Positions 41,749 to 54,181 of a stretch of DNA of 64,000 nt are shown piece by piece. The notes under the pieces were generated by a model. That model saw only the letters and a list, made by a program, of their open reading frames with translations, did no database searches and was not told where the DNA came from. Numbering within the stretch: the stretch's first letter is position 1; every line of letters starts with the position of its first letter. The stretch covers positions 151,838,001 to 151,902,000 of the forward strand of contig OX597817.1 in assembly GCA_951406725.2 (NCBI GenBank), written 5' to 3'. The position numbers were made by a program, and so were the translations under genes. This DNA is from Octopus vulgaris. Its lineage: Eukaryota.

Positions 41749-42478
41749 ACATTCTTGCAAATAATGAGGGAAGCTTTTAAAGAGTTTGGAAAATTTATGA
41801 ATCCCACCCTGCTTCCAGACCAAGTTTGTCCAATTTATTTGTTTTTTGCATTACACACTTTATAACAAAGAGGGATGTCTTTTCGGTAAAAAGAAAAAAA
41901 TTTTGGTAAATTTATGAATCTTTTTCAAAAGCCTGTCCCACACTTTGACCAATTCTTTTTCCCCTACACACTTAAAAACAATGGGAGAAGCCTTGAAGGT
42001 TAAGAAAAGAAATTTTGGGAATCGGCAATCACCATTACAATCCTCACTTCCTTTATTTTCAAACAGAAAGTGAAACATGATTTAAAAACAATAGTGAAAC
42101 CTTGAATTTTTTCCTTAAGCCTGCCCCTCCATAAATCCTAAAATTCCAGCTTTTTCGAAATTTTTTGTCAGTCATAGTTTTAAAATATAGAGAGTCTGAA
42201 TCTGCAATTTGTCTCTGTTTATAATTTCAAAATAATTTTCAGATTAAAAGGTGTGTGATTTAAGGGAAATTTAGCTGCTGTTTCTAGCACATCCTGCGAC
42301 CACCTGGTACCTTCCTCATTTTTTTTTTGTCACTTTGGCATGTATTTGTGTTTTTCAATATTTTTCTCCCCATAAACACATTTTTGGAATGATGATGCAG
42401 TGGTCCATTGTTGGGATTTAAGCCGCAAAAGATTTGTATTTTAATTTTTTTTAACCCCGGCCTCAGATCAAGTGGGTC

Positions 42479-42519
<41 letters not shown>

Positions 42520-43612
42520 AAAAGCATATTTACTAACAGACAAGTATGCTATTAAAATAGATTATCTTTTACACATGTCTTTTTAAAATCCCTCTATCAC
42601 CTGAATGAAATTCCTTACACACATGCATATACACACGCTCAACATGAACAATATACTTTTGTAGAGAGAAAGAGTGTGGTAAATATATATGTAGAGAGAA
42701 GGAAAGTTTACCATCAGAAAAGCAAAATATGAAAGAGATAGATGAATAGCAAAACCTTTACTGTTGCTATCACAGATTTTGAAATTTCATAATTAAGTAA
42801 AAATTTTCAAATTTGGTATATTGATGTACTTTTTGATGCTGAATCTGAGTTTGTCAAACATTTATTCCAGAAAAATTTTAGGAAAATGTTACAGAAATTT
42901 AAAGTTTGATCATTTTTACCTAATCAGAAAAGAGGATTTGTACATGATAGCAGCGAAAAAATGAAAATAAACATTGGAAGATGAGATTTTAAACAGAAGA
43001 GATTTTTGGAAATATGCTGTGCTTGAGAAGAGCCGGCAAGCCAAATAACCTCGTGACCTATGCCAGGGGCGTAACCAGCCCACTTATGCATACCTTTTCC
43101 TTCTTTGGACACTAAACTCTGTTTGTGAAGACCTGTTGAGGCAAGTGAAATTGAAATCAAATTCAATGACTGGCATCTGTGCTAGTGGGGTGCAAAGAGC
43201 ACCATACAAGTGTGATCGTTGACAGAGTGGCTAACCGGCTTCCGTGCCAGTGGCACATAAAAGGCACCATTCATGCATGATCGTTACCAGCATCGCCTTA
43301 CTGGCACTTGTGCTAGTGTGCAGGTGACACGTAAAAAAAAAAAACACCATTTGAGTGTGGCCGTTGCCAGTACCACCTGACTGGCCCTCGTGCCGGTGGC
43401 ACATAAAAGTACCTACTACACTCTCAGAGTGGTTGGCATTAGGAAGGGCATCCAGCTGTAGAAACTCTGCCAGATCAAGATTGGAGCCTGGTGTAGCCAT
43501 CTGATTCGCCAGTCCTCTGTCAAATCGTCCAACCCATGCTAGCATGGAAAGCGGACGTTAAACGATGATGATGATGATGATGAAAGCAATGCAAGAGAGA
43601 TAATACATATAC

Positions 43613-43645
<33 letters not shown>

Positions 43646-44486
43646 GAAGAGAGTGACAAAGAGTATGGTAAATATATTGACATATTAATGGTGACAGATC
43701 AAGAGCAGAAGAGTTGTTAGTCTAAAAGTATAGTTATTTCTCATAGAAAATTAAATTTCTTCTTCTTTTTATTATTTATGGACAACCTTCTCTTTGGAAT
43801 GCAAATTTCAAAAATCAAAATTCTTTCTTCTCAAGGATGCACTCTTCCAGAGCTTTTTGGGGTTAAACATACATAACCACATACACTCGCACTTATATAG
43901 CAGCAGATACACAGACACACTCTCACTATGTAATTCTTTCAGTTTGTGTCTACCAAATACACTCACAAGGTCTGGTCAACCCAAAGTTATAGCAGAAAAC
44001 GTCCAAAGTACCACTCATTTGGACAATGTCCAAAACCAGGCAGTTGGGAAAGAAACTTAACCACATAGCCATGCCTATCTCCGGTGAAATTAATCAGATA
44101 ATTTTTTTTTTTTAAATTTCAGTTATTTTCAGAATTTCTTAAATCATCATCATGATCGTTTAACGTTCGCTTTCCATGCTAGCATGGGTTGGACGGTTCA
44201 ACTGGGGTCTGGGAAGCCCAAAGGCTGCACCAGGCCAGTCAGATCTGGCAGTGTTTCTACAGCTGGATGCCCTTCCTAACGCCAACCACTCCGAGAGTGT
44301 AGTGGGTGATTTTATGTGCCACCGACACAGGTGCCAGACGAGGCTGGCGAACGGCCACGCTCGGATGGTGTTTTTTACGTGCCACCAGCACAGAGGCCAG
44401 TCAATAAATTCTCAATATTGTTTAAATAACACTTCAGTTATATCTTTAATACCAAAGTTCACTAAAAATAGTTATGCTCTCTTACC

Positions 44487-45545
44487 CTTTTACTTGTTTC
44501 AGTCATTTGACTGTGGCCATGCTGGAGCACCACCTTTAGTCAAACAAATCGATCCCAGGACTTATTCTTTGTAAGCCTAGTACTTCTTCTACCGGTCTTT
44601 TGCCGAACCACTAAGTTACAGGGACGTAAACACAGACACACATGCATATATACATATCTCCCTCTCTCTCATTCTTCATTCTTTCTGGTTTTCTCTACAA
44701 CCATTCCCTTTCTCTTACTCCTCCTCCTCTGTCCCATCGCTGGTCAGCGACGAGAAAACTACTGTCTTTCTGACCGAGCTTCCTTCGAGTATAAATGACT
44801 TTTCTGTGCCTCCTTCACCATTCTCAAAAAAAAGCATTCGTAATATTTTCTCTCGATTGGTTTAACAGCCCTCCTTGTCTGTGTTACTGTTATTCTCCTT
44901 GTCCTGTCTTTTACTGTTTATATTTTGTACTGTCTTTACTGTCCTGTTTTTGTTACCATTTTTACCCCTCCGCAAAAAAATCTCAAATTTTATTTAATTT
45001 GCTTTTTGCGGGAAGGAATGTTTCACCGAAGTTGTGTCTTGCCTTGACCTTCAAAACGCGGAGTAGATAAAACAGAGGCGACTGAAGAAGGGGAATTTTC
45101 CTTGTGTTCTATGTCCAGTACTCTATTTTTTTGTTGTTTAAGAAAAATGTCCATTTCCTTGGTTTTGTGTTTATGTTTTTGTTTCTCATTGTGTTCAACG
45201 TTTTTTTGTGTGTCCTGTACCCATATATGCATGTATATATACATGTAGATGTAGGTACGTACATATATGTATGTATATATGCATATGTTTTATTTATTAA
45301 TTTGTTATTATACGACAGAACACACGCATCCATTTCTAAGTAAGTTTGTTCTCTCTCTCTCTATATATATATATATATAAATATGACGGGCTTCAGTTTG
45401 CATCTAACAAATCCACTCACAAAGCTTTGGTCGGCCCGAGGCTATAGTAGAAGACACTTGCCCAAGATGTCACACAGTGGGACTGAACCCGGAACCATGT
45501 GGTTCGTAAGCAAGCTACTTACCACACAGCCATTCCTGCACCTGT
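44487..45545 (-). mobile_element. SINE-A split by a ~700-bp insertion (about 44650-45340) in its microsatellite
   Basis: Head at 45545-45385 and tail at 44640-44487, both reverse-complement family A. Confidence 0.75.
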
Positions 45546-46412
45546 GGTGAAAAAAAAAAAAAAAAGAAAACACCTTGTCAAAACAGAAAATTCAACTTCT
45601 GTGGGTGGGCTATTCTGAAAGTCCACAATGAATGCATCTATTTTTTATTTTTTTACTTTTATTTTCATGGCTGAGTGGTTAGGAAATTCACTTTGCAACT
45701 ATGTGGTTTCTGGTTCAATTTCACTGCATGACACCTTAGGCAAGTTGTCTTCTACTATAGCCTTGCCAACTAATGTCTTGTTAGTGAATTTGGTAAATAG
45801 AAACTGTGTGGAAGCCCATTGTATAAATACATGTGCATGTGTGTGTTTATAACTCTGCCATACAGTTTGCCATCCAGTGACAATTGGTTACATTCCTGCA
45901 ACTTATTAGTTTGGTCAAAAAGATCATCATCATCATCATTTAACGTCCGTTTTCCATGCTGGCATGGGTTGGACGCTTTGACTGCGGTCTGGAGAGCCAG
46001 TGGCTGCACCAAGCTCCAATCTGATCTGGCAATGTTTCGACAGCTGGATGCCCTTCCTAACACCAACCACTTCGAAAGTGCAGTGGGTGCTTTTTACATG
46101 CCACCAGCACAGGAGCCAGCCAGGGAGCACTGGCATCAGCCACGTTTGGATGGTGCTTTTTATGTTTCACTGGCACGGGAGCCAGTCAGGGGGCACTGGC
46201 AAAAATACCAAACGTAAAACACATAAGTACTGGAGTCAATTTTTTTAAACTAAAACCCTTCAAGGCATGACCCCCAACATGGTCAGTGTCCAATGGCTGA
46301 AACAAAAGATAAGAGATAAAAGCTAATACTGTAAACCAAAACCCACTTCAGAGCAACAAAGAACAATCATGATTTGCTACATTTATGAATAAGAAAACAG
46401 TATTTTGAAGTT

Positions 46413-47282
46413 TTAAAGTTTCATTTTATTGAAAACTGTGGCTTCAGCTTCAGAAATTATGGTCTGTTTCTGTGGATTAACTGAGCATTTAACAATATTA
46501 ATGTATTCAGAAAGTTGTTTGTCTGGGAGGAAGATGGCAACTAAAGCTTTATATAAAATAATTTTATTCTCTTTTGCTATAGACAGAGGGGTAAAATGAT
46601 AACTTGGCCACCAACTCTTTCGATCAGACCACACAGATTCCACCTCAGAACTAAAGCTGTCAGTGTCATATGTTTGTGTAAGAGTCTCCAGTAATTTGGC
46701 TAGCCTTGACCAAGGATCAACCATTGTCTTCCAGCAGCTATAGTCCAGTAAATCAAATAGATATTTCAGAACATCACCGTAATTATCTGAAATCATATCA
46801 CACAATGTTAACACCAATGGATCAGAAGGAACATACTTTACGAAATTCCTCAAGACTTTGACCTTTTTCTGTTCACATGCATTTGTTTGACAAAGAAAAT
46901 CATAATAAAATTTATGAGAATTGGGATTTTCAGGATTAGATAAACAATAGTCTTTGAGTAATTTTTTAACAGCTTCAAAGTTTTCATTCATTTCAAGAGC
47001 GTGCCTTTCAGCCTTTATAAAAATATCTCTCACAGCAATATTTTCTTTCACTGTAACTGCTGAAAAGCATGAGAGCATTTTAGTCATCTGTGAGTCAAGA
47101 GCAAAATTAATGGTTCCAGATTCAATTTCTGCAGAATCAGACTTCATCTTGGACTTTCTAGTATCAAGCCACTTAAGATACCAAATAAGACCTTGATAAG
47201 CAAGAAAAAGTGCCTTATTGTAGGTAACATTTCTTGACTCAGAAACAATTTGTCTTGAAGAAAGAGCAACAGATTGTAATTC
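46413..47282 (-). CDS. TAF1A: TAF1A-like, coding exon 2 (terminal)
   Basis: CTTTTATAG acceptor; motifs LAYQGLIWYLKW, NPNSHKFYYDFL, LFDLLDY, WSDRKSWWPSYHF and YKALVA parallel motifs recalled from vertebrate TAF1A (AYKGLLQYYTW, NPNAHIYLYNFL, GVLDF, RKNWWPGFHF, EKAFVA); TAA stop. Confidence 0.85.
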   Translation of the reverse strand, partial: ELQSVALSSRQIVSESRNVTYNKALFLAYQGLIWYLKWLDTRKSKMKSDSAEIESGTINFALDSQMTKMLSCFSAVTVKENIAVRDIFIKAERHALEMNENFEAVKKLLKDYCLSNPENPNSHKFYYDFLCQTNACEQKKVKVLRNFVKYVPSDPLVLTLCDMISDNYGDVLKYLFDLLDYSCWKTMVDPWSRLAKLLETLTQTYDTDSFSSEVESVWSDRKSWWPSYHFTPLSIAKENKIILYKALVAIFLPDKQLSEYINIVKCSVNPQKQTIISEAEATVFNKMKL

Positions 47283-47473
47283 CTATAAAAGAAAAAGAAG
47301 AGACAAATTTATTATTAGTAACAAAAGACAATAAGACATCAGAATTTGGAATAGTAAATTCATATTCAAATGTTTGATATTTCTTTCAAGTCAAAATTTT
47401 AATTCATGCAGGCATTATACCTGACTTTTATGTTGTTTTAGCAGGCTACAAAATATAATCACCATCATTTAAT

Positions 47474-48203
47474 ACATTATTTACATTCGACGGATATTTG
47501 TCCTCATCTTGTTTGTTGTTAACACAACGTATTGGCTGATATACCCTCCAGCCTTCATGAGGTGTCTTTGGGAAATTTCGAACCTGGGTTTTCATTCCTA
47601 AGGTATTTTTTGATGTTCTTCTTCTTCTTATTATTATTATTGAGTGAGAGAGCAGTGCATGCCATCAAAATGACACTGGGGTAAAATATACGAAGCCCAG
47701 TATACCCATCATGACTACCCATCTGATAAGGGTACACCAGCCACATGCATCACAACCATATGTGCGCAACATGGTGATCTCATATCAAGATAAACAATGC
47801 ATGATCCAGTTAGGTGGGGCCCAGTTAGAATTTTCTTCTGGTCGAGTAGCCTATCCCACTCAAAAGGTCCCTGAATAAGGATTGTTTAAGGATGTTGAAC
47901 GAACCACCCATGTTTCCAAGGGTGAATTATCCAATCCTCCAAGAATTCCTTTCAATACGCAGCTATGATGCTCCCCAACTACTTCTGCTCGTGATCAGAG
48001 ATGCACATATCATCAGCCACTAAGGGACATGGTCAACTGGTTACGGTCAAACAACTGACAAGCAAATCTTTGGTATTGAGCAGAATATTTGCTGTAGCCC
48101 ATCTTTTATATCATTATTATTATTATTATTATTATTCAGGTCATTGCCTGGAATCGAACTCGGAATCTTGGGGTTAGTAGCCCGTGCTCTCAACCACTAC
48201 GCC
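47474..48203 (-). mobile_element. tRNA-headed SINE with degenerate hammerhead-like tail, interrupted by a ~470-bp insertion (47641-48110) in its (AAT)n
   Basis: ggcgtagtggttgagagc...gagttcgattcc head; TSD ccatcatttaat at 47462-47473 and 48202-48213. Confidence 0.7.
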
Positions 48204-48717
48204 ATCATTTAATGTTCTTTTTTTTATGCTGGCATGGGTTGGACAGGATTCTGGTGAGCCACAGGCTGTGTTGAGCTCCAATATCTGCTTCGGTATGGAT
48301 TCTGTGGCTGGATACCCTTTCTAAAACTAGCCATCAATGTATACTGGGAGCTATTTTTGATGTCAGTGGCATTAGTAAGGCTTCCAAGTAACTTGCAAGA
48401 CAGAAAGAGAAAAGAGAAAAAAGAGAAAGCCCCGACTACTAAGTGAGTGGGGGAGAATATTTGAGAAGGGAAGGTGGCTTTATGCCAGGTGTTGAATGGC
48501 TAAAGTATGATAGAGGGACAAGCACAGGTGTAACCTGGCATAACTACATAACTTTGTGAGAAATGCATATTCTTTAATGAATTTCTGCAATAATATACTC
48601 TTGAAAATGTAGATTACAACTATGCTGATAAATTTAGGAAAAAAATTGAGGGGTTAGGGCTGAATCTTTTTTCATACCCCCAACCCTGACTGTCAACAAT
48701 TTCCATGATTTAAGTGT

Positions 48718-49080
48718 CTTTTATCTTCTATTTGTTTCAGTCATTGGACTGTGGCCATGCTGGGGCAGTGCCTTGATGAGGGTTTTAGTCAAACAAATTG
48801 ATCTCTATACTTATTTTCCATTTTTTTTAAAAGCCTGGTTCTTATTCTTTTAGTTTCTTTTGCCAAACTGCTAAGTTACATGGTTTTAAACAAACCAACA
48901 CCAGTTGGCAAGCAGTGGTAGGAGACATACACACATCTGCACAAACAGATAGATAGATGACAAGCTTCTTTCAGTTTCCATCTACCAAATCCATTCACAA
49001 GGCTTTGGTTGGCCCAGGGCTATAGCAGAAGACACTTGCCCAAAGTGCCATACAGTGGGACTGAACCTGAAACCACACAG
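48718..49080 (-). mobile_element. SINE-A (older copy, TAF1A intron)
   Basis: Reverse-complement family A body. Confidence 0.75.
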
Positions 49081-49509
49081 TCATCCATGGCAACCTTTAG
49101 ATTGCTAATCAGGTGTAACCTATACTCTTAAAAGTCTACCTCTGCAAAATTTCTTTTAAAATACACACTTTTCAGAGAAATTAAAAGGGAATAAAGTTGA
49201 ATGGAGGGGGCACCTATCTATAATTAGGTCTTTAACATTACAACAAATGATTAAACTGGATAGGTTTTCGATATATAAACGTTAAATACATTAGACAATA
49301 ATAATTTTTTTCTTACTTCTCCCTCGATAACCCAAGGAAAGAGCAATTTTAAATTTGTGAAACTTGAGTTAATTTTCAAACAGATACATTTATGTCTAGA
49401 GTGGGATAAAAACTTCAAAAAGGTTAATGTTTACAATATTACTCACAAACGAAAAACAAAAAAAATTGTGCAATGGGTGTAAAAAAAACTCAAGTAAAAA
49501 ATAATTTAT

Positions 49510-49860
49510 GAATTTCTCTTCGAAAGTCCTCTCCCCACCCTATCGGAAAAGATTTTCCCCACAAATTTCTTTATAACCGTAATGTATGCCGTTTGAAAGG
49601 TATTTATATAAAATTTCATTAGAAGATATCCATTTTCCTCAAAGTTATGAAGGAAAAGCTCGGATCTTGTGAATTTTCCGAAAGTCCTTTCCCCACCCTC
49701 TCGGAAAAGATTTCCCCCACGTATTTCTCTATAATCGTAATCTATGCCGTTTGAAAGGTATTTATATAAAATTTCATTTAAAAAAAACCCGTTTTCCTAA
49801 AAGTTATGAAGGGAAAACTCGGATCTTGGGAATTTTCCGAAAGTCCTCTTCCCACCACCC
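49510..49860. repeat. ~159-bp tandem repeat (2.2 units); related inverted copy at about 9386-9600
   Basis: cgaaagtcct recurs at 49521, 49679 and 49838. Confidence 0.8.
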
Positions 49861-49971
49861 CCGTTGGTTTGCGCGCATTTTTGTTTTCATATTCGTTTCA
49901 TACACATTTTTTTACACCCGTTGCACTATTTTCGTTTCCAGGTAATATGGTAAACTTTAACTAAAAAATTT

Positions 49972-50362
49972 AGCGCAGGAGTGGCTGTGTGGTAAGTAGC
50001 TTGCTAACCAACCACATGGTTCCGGGTTAAGTCCCACTGCGTGGCACCTTGGGCAAGTGTCTTCTGCTATATCCCCGGGCCGACCAATGCCTTGTGAGTG
50101 GATTTGGTAGATGGAAACTGAAAGAAGCCTGTCGTATATATGTATATATATATATGTTTGTGTGTCTGTGTTTGTCCCCCTAGCATTGCTTGACAACCGA
50201 TGCTGGTGTGTTTACATCTCCGTCACTTAGCGGTTCGGCAAAAGAGACCGATAGAATAGGTACTGGGCTTACAAAGAATAAGTCCCGGGGTCGATTTGCT
50301 CGACTGGAGGCGGTGCTCCAGCATGGCCGCAGTCAAATGACTGAAACAAGTAAAAGAGTAAA
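49972..50362 (+). mobile_element. SINE-A (TAF1A intron)
   Basis: Full family A structure, CpG-rich and therefore probably young. Confidence 0.85.
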
Positions 50363-51230
50363 CCAAAGAGTTTTGTATTGTAACCATGATACTAGTAGGG
50401 GGAGGGGGGCAGGTATTATGATACGACGAGTTCAACAGTTGAAAACTTTCTTAAAAGAAGAATAACGAGGTAGTATAATTTGGGAGAATCGCAGTAAGAT
50501 ACCCTATTTGTTATTGCGAAAAGATTGCGGAAACAAATTAATCATAGAATGCGTTGGAAATGGATAAAAGAATTTTTAAAAATAGATTCGTGTAACTTGA
50601 ATTTCATGAACCAGTCATTATGAGATGATACTAATAAGAAAAAATACAAAAGTTAATTGATAAGAACGAGGGTAGAATTTTGGAATAGCTGTCCTTCGAA
50701 GTCCCATTACATCATGGAATAGGGAAGATACACATATATCGGTACTAGTAACATAACTGTCACTTATAAACCCACGTGGGTTTATTTACATTTCTGAAGA
50801 AAAAAGATACCCTTCCCCCCACCCCTAACCCCACATATAAAAAAAAAAAAAATTTACGGAAAGTGACGATCTTCTTGTTCAAATGTAAACAAATACACGT
50901 GAGGTAAACGGGACTCATATCGAAAGAATGGCTTATATATATATATATATATATATATAAATTATATATTATACATACGTATATAATTCTGTGTTTTAAA
51001 CAATAGAAAAATTACGATCCAGAATACATTTTTTTTACCTCCCAAAATTTTCAAGTTTTTACATTTTTGCCCCGCCCTCTATCTTGCTTCTGATTTCCGT
51101 AACCTTTCCCTTTCCCATGAGGTTAGGGAATTCGGGGGACAACAATTTCAAAATTCTGGCAAAATTACGTTACGTATAACAAAGGTAGTATAATAAAAAT
51201 ATCATAAATGAATAATGAACAAATATTTAC

Positions 51231-51806
51231 TTGAATAGCTTCATCGATGCTGTTGTTTTGCAGTTGATACCATAATTGTTCAAGTTGGATATCGCTGTGT
51301 GTTACCTCCGATCTAGCGAACATGCAGAATAACTTCACCATTCGCTCGATAAAATTCAATCGGTCTTTCAACGGGTTAGAATATAGAAGTTCAAAGCCAA
51401 TTTTCGCCGCAGAACGTTTCAAATCACAAGTCGACTCCTGGTGAGAAATACTTAGTATCTGCGCTAACTCATGCCAACGGTGCATCAATAAACATTCGCG
51501 CAAAAGAAACTCTAGTTTTTGTGGAACACCTCGTGTATTTTTCTCGTAAGATAAATTGTTTTTTTTAGCTAGCTCACACCAAATGTCTTCCAGCCATTGA
51601 AATTCCTCGTCGGTTGATACATCCTCATCTATAGTTGAAAGGAACTCATTATAACATTCCGTGTCATGTAAAATAATTGATAATATCTTCTTCATCCGCC
51701 TCAATTGAACTTTGATCGCAACATCTGTATTACCGTATAAACTATCATCACTGCTGTAATTTAAATTATTTTCTGAATCATCGTCGGATTGTAGCCTTTC
51801 GTCCAT
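51231..51806 (-). CDS. TAF1A: TAF1A-like (SL1/TIF-IB subunit A, RNA polymerase I), coding exon 1
   Basis: ATG at 51806 (MDERLQSDD...), 192 open codons, CAA|GTAAAT donor at 51231, phase 0 compatible with exon 2. Confidence 0.8.
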
Positions 51807-51910
51807 AATTTCTAACAAAGGACCATGTGCTTAGATAGGAAGTAACAAATTTGTAAACAATTCCGGTGTAAGACGAAAGAGAAGCACGTTGAAATAAACG
51901 TAAGATAGTT
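51807..51910 (-). promoter_or_regulatory. Probable TAF1A 5' UTR/core promoter
   Basis: Unique sequence directly upstream of the ATG with an ETS-like CCGGAA (51866-51861) and a 4-codon uORF ATG-GTC-CTT-TGT-TAG at 51826-51812; TSS not determinable. Confidence 0.35.
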
Positions 51911-52399
51911 GTATGCTTCTATGAGGTGTACAATAATCAAAATGTTTTCAATAATCAGAACATCCAAATGATATATATTTTTTTTTAATCAACAACAAAT
52001 GGCAAGAATAATAAGAAACAGATTCAGTCTTAAATACAGATATTTTTCATATAACAGGTAAAGCGTTCAAGGGAGGTAATTCCAAGTGTATAAACTGCTT
52101 AATTGCTGAGAATATTAATAGTAACGATGTATGTATTATGATGTAGGTCCTATTATTACAATTAATATTCTAAGCAATATATGAATTAACTGTTGAATTA
52201 AAAAATATGCAGGTTATATAAGCTGAACATTTAGAAAACAGCTGAGCACAAAATATTACTTGCTTTTGGAGAATAAACGTTCATATGTAATTTTTATAGA
52301 GCACAGAAATATCTCCTGTGAATAAACTACTCTAATAGGAATAGATCTTTTTTATTCTATTAAAAAAGTAAATGAAGTTATTTGGCTAATAGTTAAGAT

Positions 52400-52824
52400 G
52401 GATCTTTTGGGCTTGAACGCCAGTTTTTTTTAATAATTTCCACGTAACTAAACACTTTTAAACTTCGTATACTGGTAGAATGTGTTTATAAAACATCTTT
52501 TTCTCTTGGCTTTATTGAGAAAATTCTATAGTTTGTAAGATATTTGTTGTTTTTTCTTCAATTTCTGCAATTTCAACCAATCAATGACGTCTATTGAGGT
52601 GAAAACATTCTGTGCCGTATGAATATGTCCCTCGTTTAAGAAACAGATTGGGTTTATTTACATTTCTGAAGAAAACAAGATACCCTTCCCCCCACCCCTA
52701 ACCCTAACTAACCCTAAATCTAAAAGAGATTGAAATGCAATAGATCGATACTAGGATCATAATAATGGGTGACAATTTCATATGACACCGCTAGAAAAAA
52801 CTGCCGGTCAAACCGAAAAGATCC
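52400..52824. mobile_element. MITE with ~30-bp TIRs and 8-bp TSD
   Basis: ggatcttttgggcttgaacgccagtttttt / aaaaaactgccggtcaaaccgaaaagatcc; TSD gttaagat at 52392-52399 and 52825-52832; internal ccctaa repeats; partial copy at about 50775-50900. Confidence 0.85.
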
Positions 52825-54181
52825 GTTAAGATTGACTATCAAATGATATGAATCATTCGTTTAAACGAGTTAAAAGCCCTACAACCAAATATCTTTTCTA
52901 CTGAAAGGACACGGCCTGAAATTTAAGGGAGGGGTTAGTCGATTAGATTGACTCCAGTACGTAACTGGTACTTATTTAATCTACCCCGAAAGGATGAAAG
53001 GCAAAGTTGACCTCGGCGGAATTTGAACTCAGACAAAATGCTGCTAAGCATTTTGCCCCGCCTTCTAACAATTCTGCCAGCTCGTCGCCTTCGCCGTATA
53101 ACCAAATATGGAACTATTTCTGACAGTTACGAACCCAGCAAATATATTTCGATCGCAATTAGATATTATAGATGTTAATTAAATGAGAAATAGATTGAAT
53201 TATAATATCTAATAAAGCAAATATATTGACGTTTAGCTCCAAGTCAACGTCTCTCGATCTGACCCATTGTCGAAAGTGCTCATGTCCTGCTCTAGCCCTT
53301 TCTAATTTTTTTCTTTGTATAATCTGTGATTATATCATTTGAGGCAGTGGATCTCAAAAGATACGTCACAAAGCACTAACCAAAATATAATTTATAATAT
53401 AATTTAGATTTCAGAGAATTCATACCAATGCAAGTTAGAAAAGAGGTAATGAGGTGGTGGAATCACTTGAGCTTTAGAGGTGGGAGAATGCTTTTTGTAG
53501 TATTTGTTTTGGTCGTTTCTATAGGAAGTTCAAATTCGACCCAAGTCAGCTTTGCTTCTCACCCCGCCTAGGGCGATAAAATAGAATGCTAGTCTTGCAT
53601 TGGGTCGATATGGCACCAACCACTTCCCCTAAATATCAGATTGTACCTATTTGAGAAACAGAGCGTGCCGGCTTGTTTCAGTTGGTTCCGTTAAATCTTG
53701 TAGTGTGCAACCAGTTGCTGTGATAGAAATAATTCACCACAAATGGTTTCATTACAGTCTTAACAGAAGATTTGGAAGAACTAGATGTAAGTCCTCCGGT
53801 AATTTTCTTTCGTGTAAATAAATGTTTATGTTAATTTTAAAATTTGCCAGCAAAATGTTATAAAATGACAATTTTCTAAAAGATGTACATGTTTATAATG
53901 AAAATCAAAGTATTTTAAATTAGAGACAAATATTATTAATAAATTAAGATAAGCATTTTTTCTGTTTTTTTTTCTTTCTACATTTATATCTACAAAACAT
54001 TTTTTACACTTTCCATCGATAGCGTACTAGTATTTTTCTTTTATCTTCAACGTATGCGATAATTGCCTTAAGCAACAGACTTATATCTTAAAATCATTTT
54101 TTATTATTCGTCATTTCGGGGAGGGGACAGATCGATTACATCGACCCCAAGGTTCAACTAGTACTTATTTTGTCGACCCTC

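Noticed and set aside
51165-51230. Hydrophobic C-terminus of the 217-aa ORF
   Set aside because: Read-through past the GT donor into the TAF1A intron
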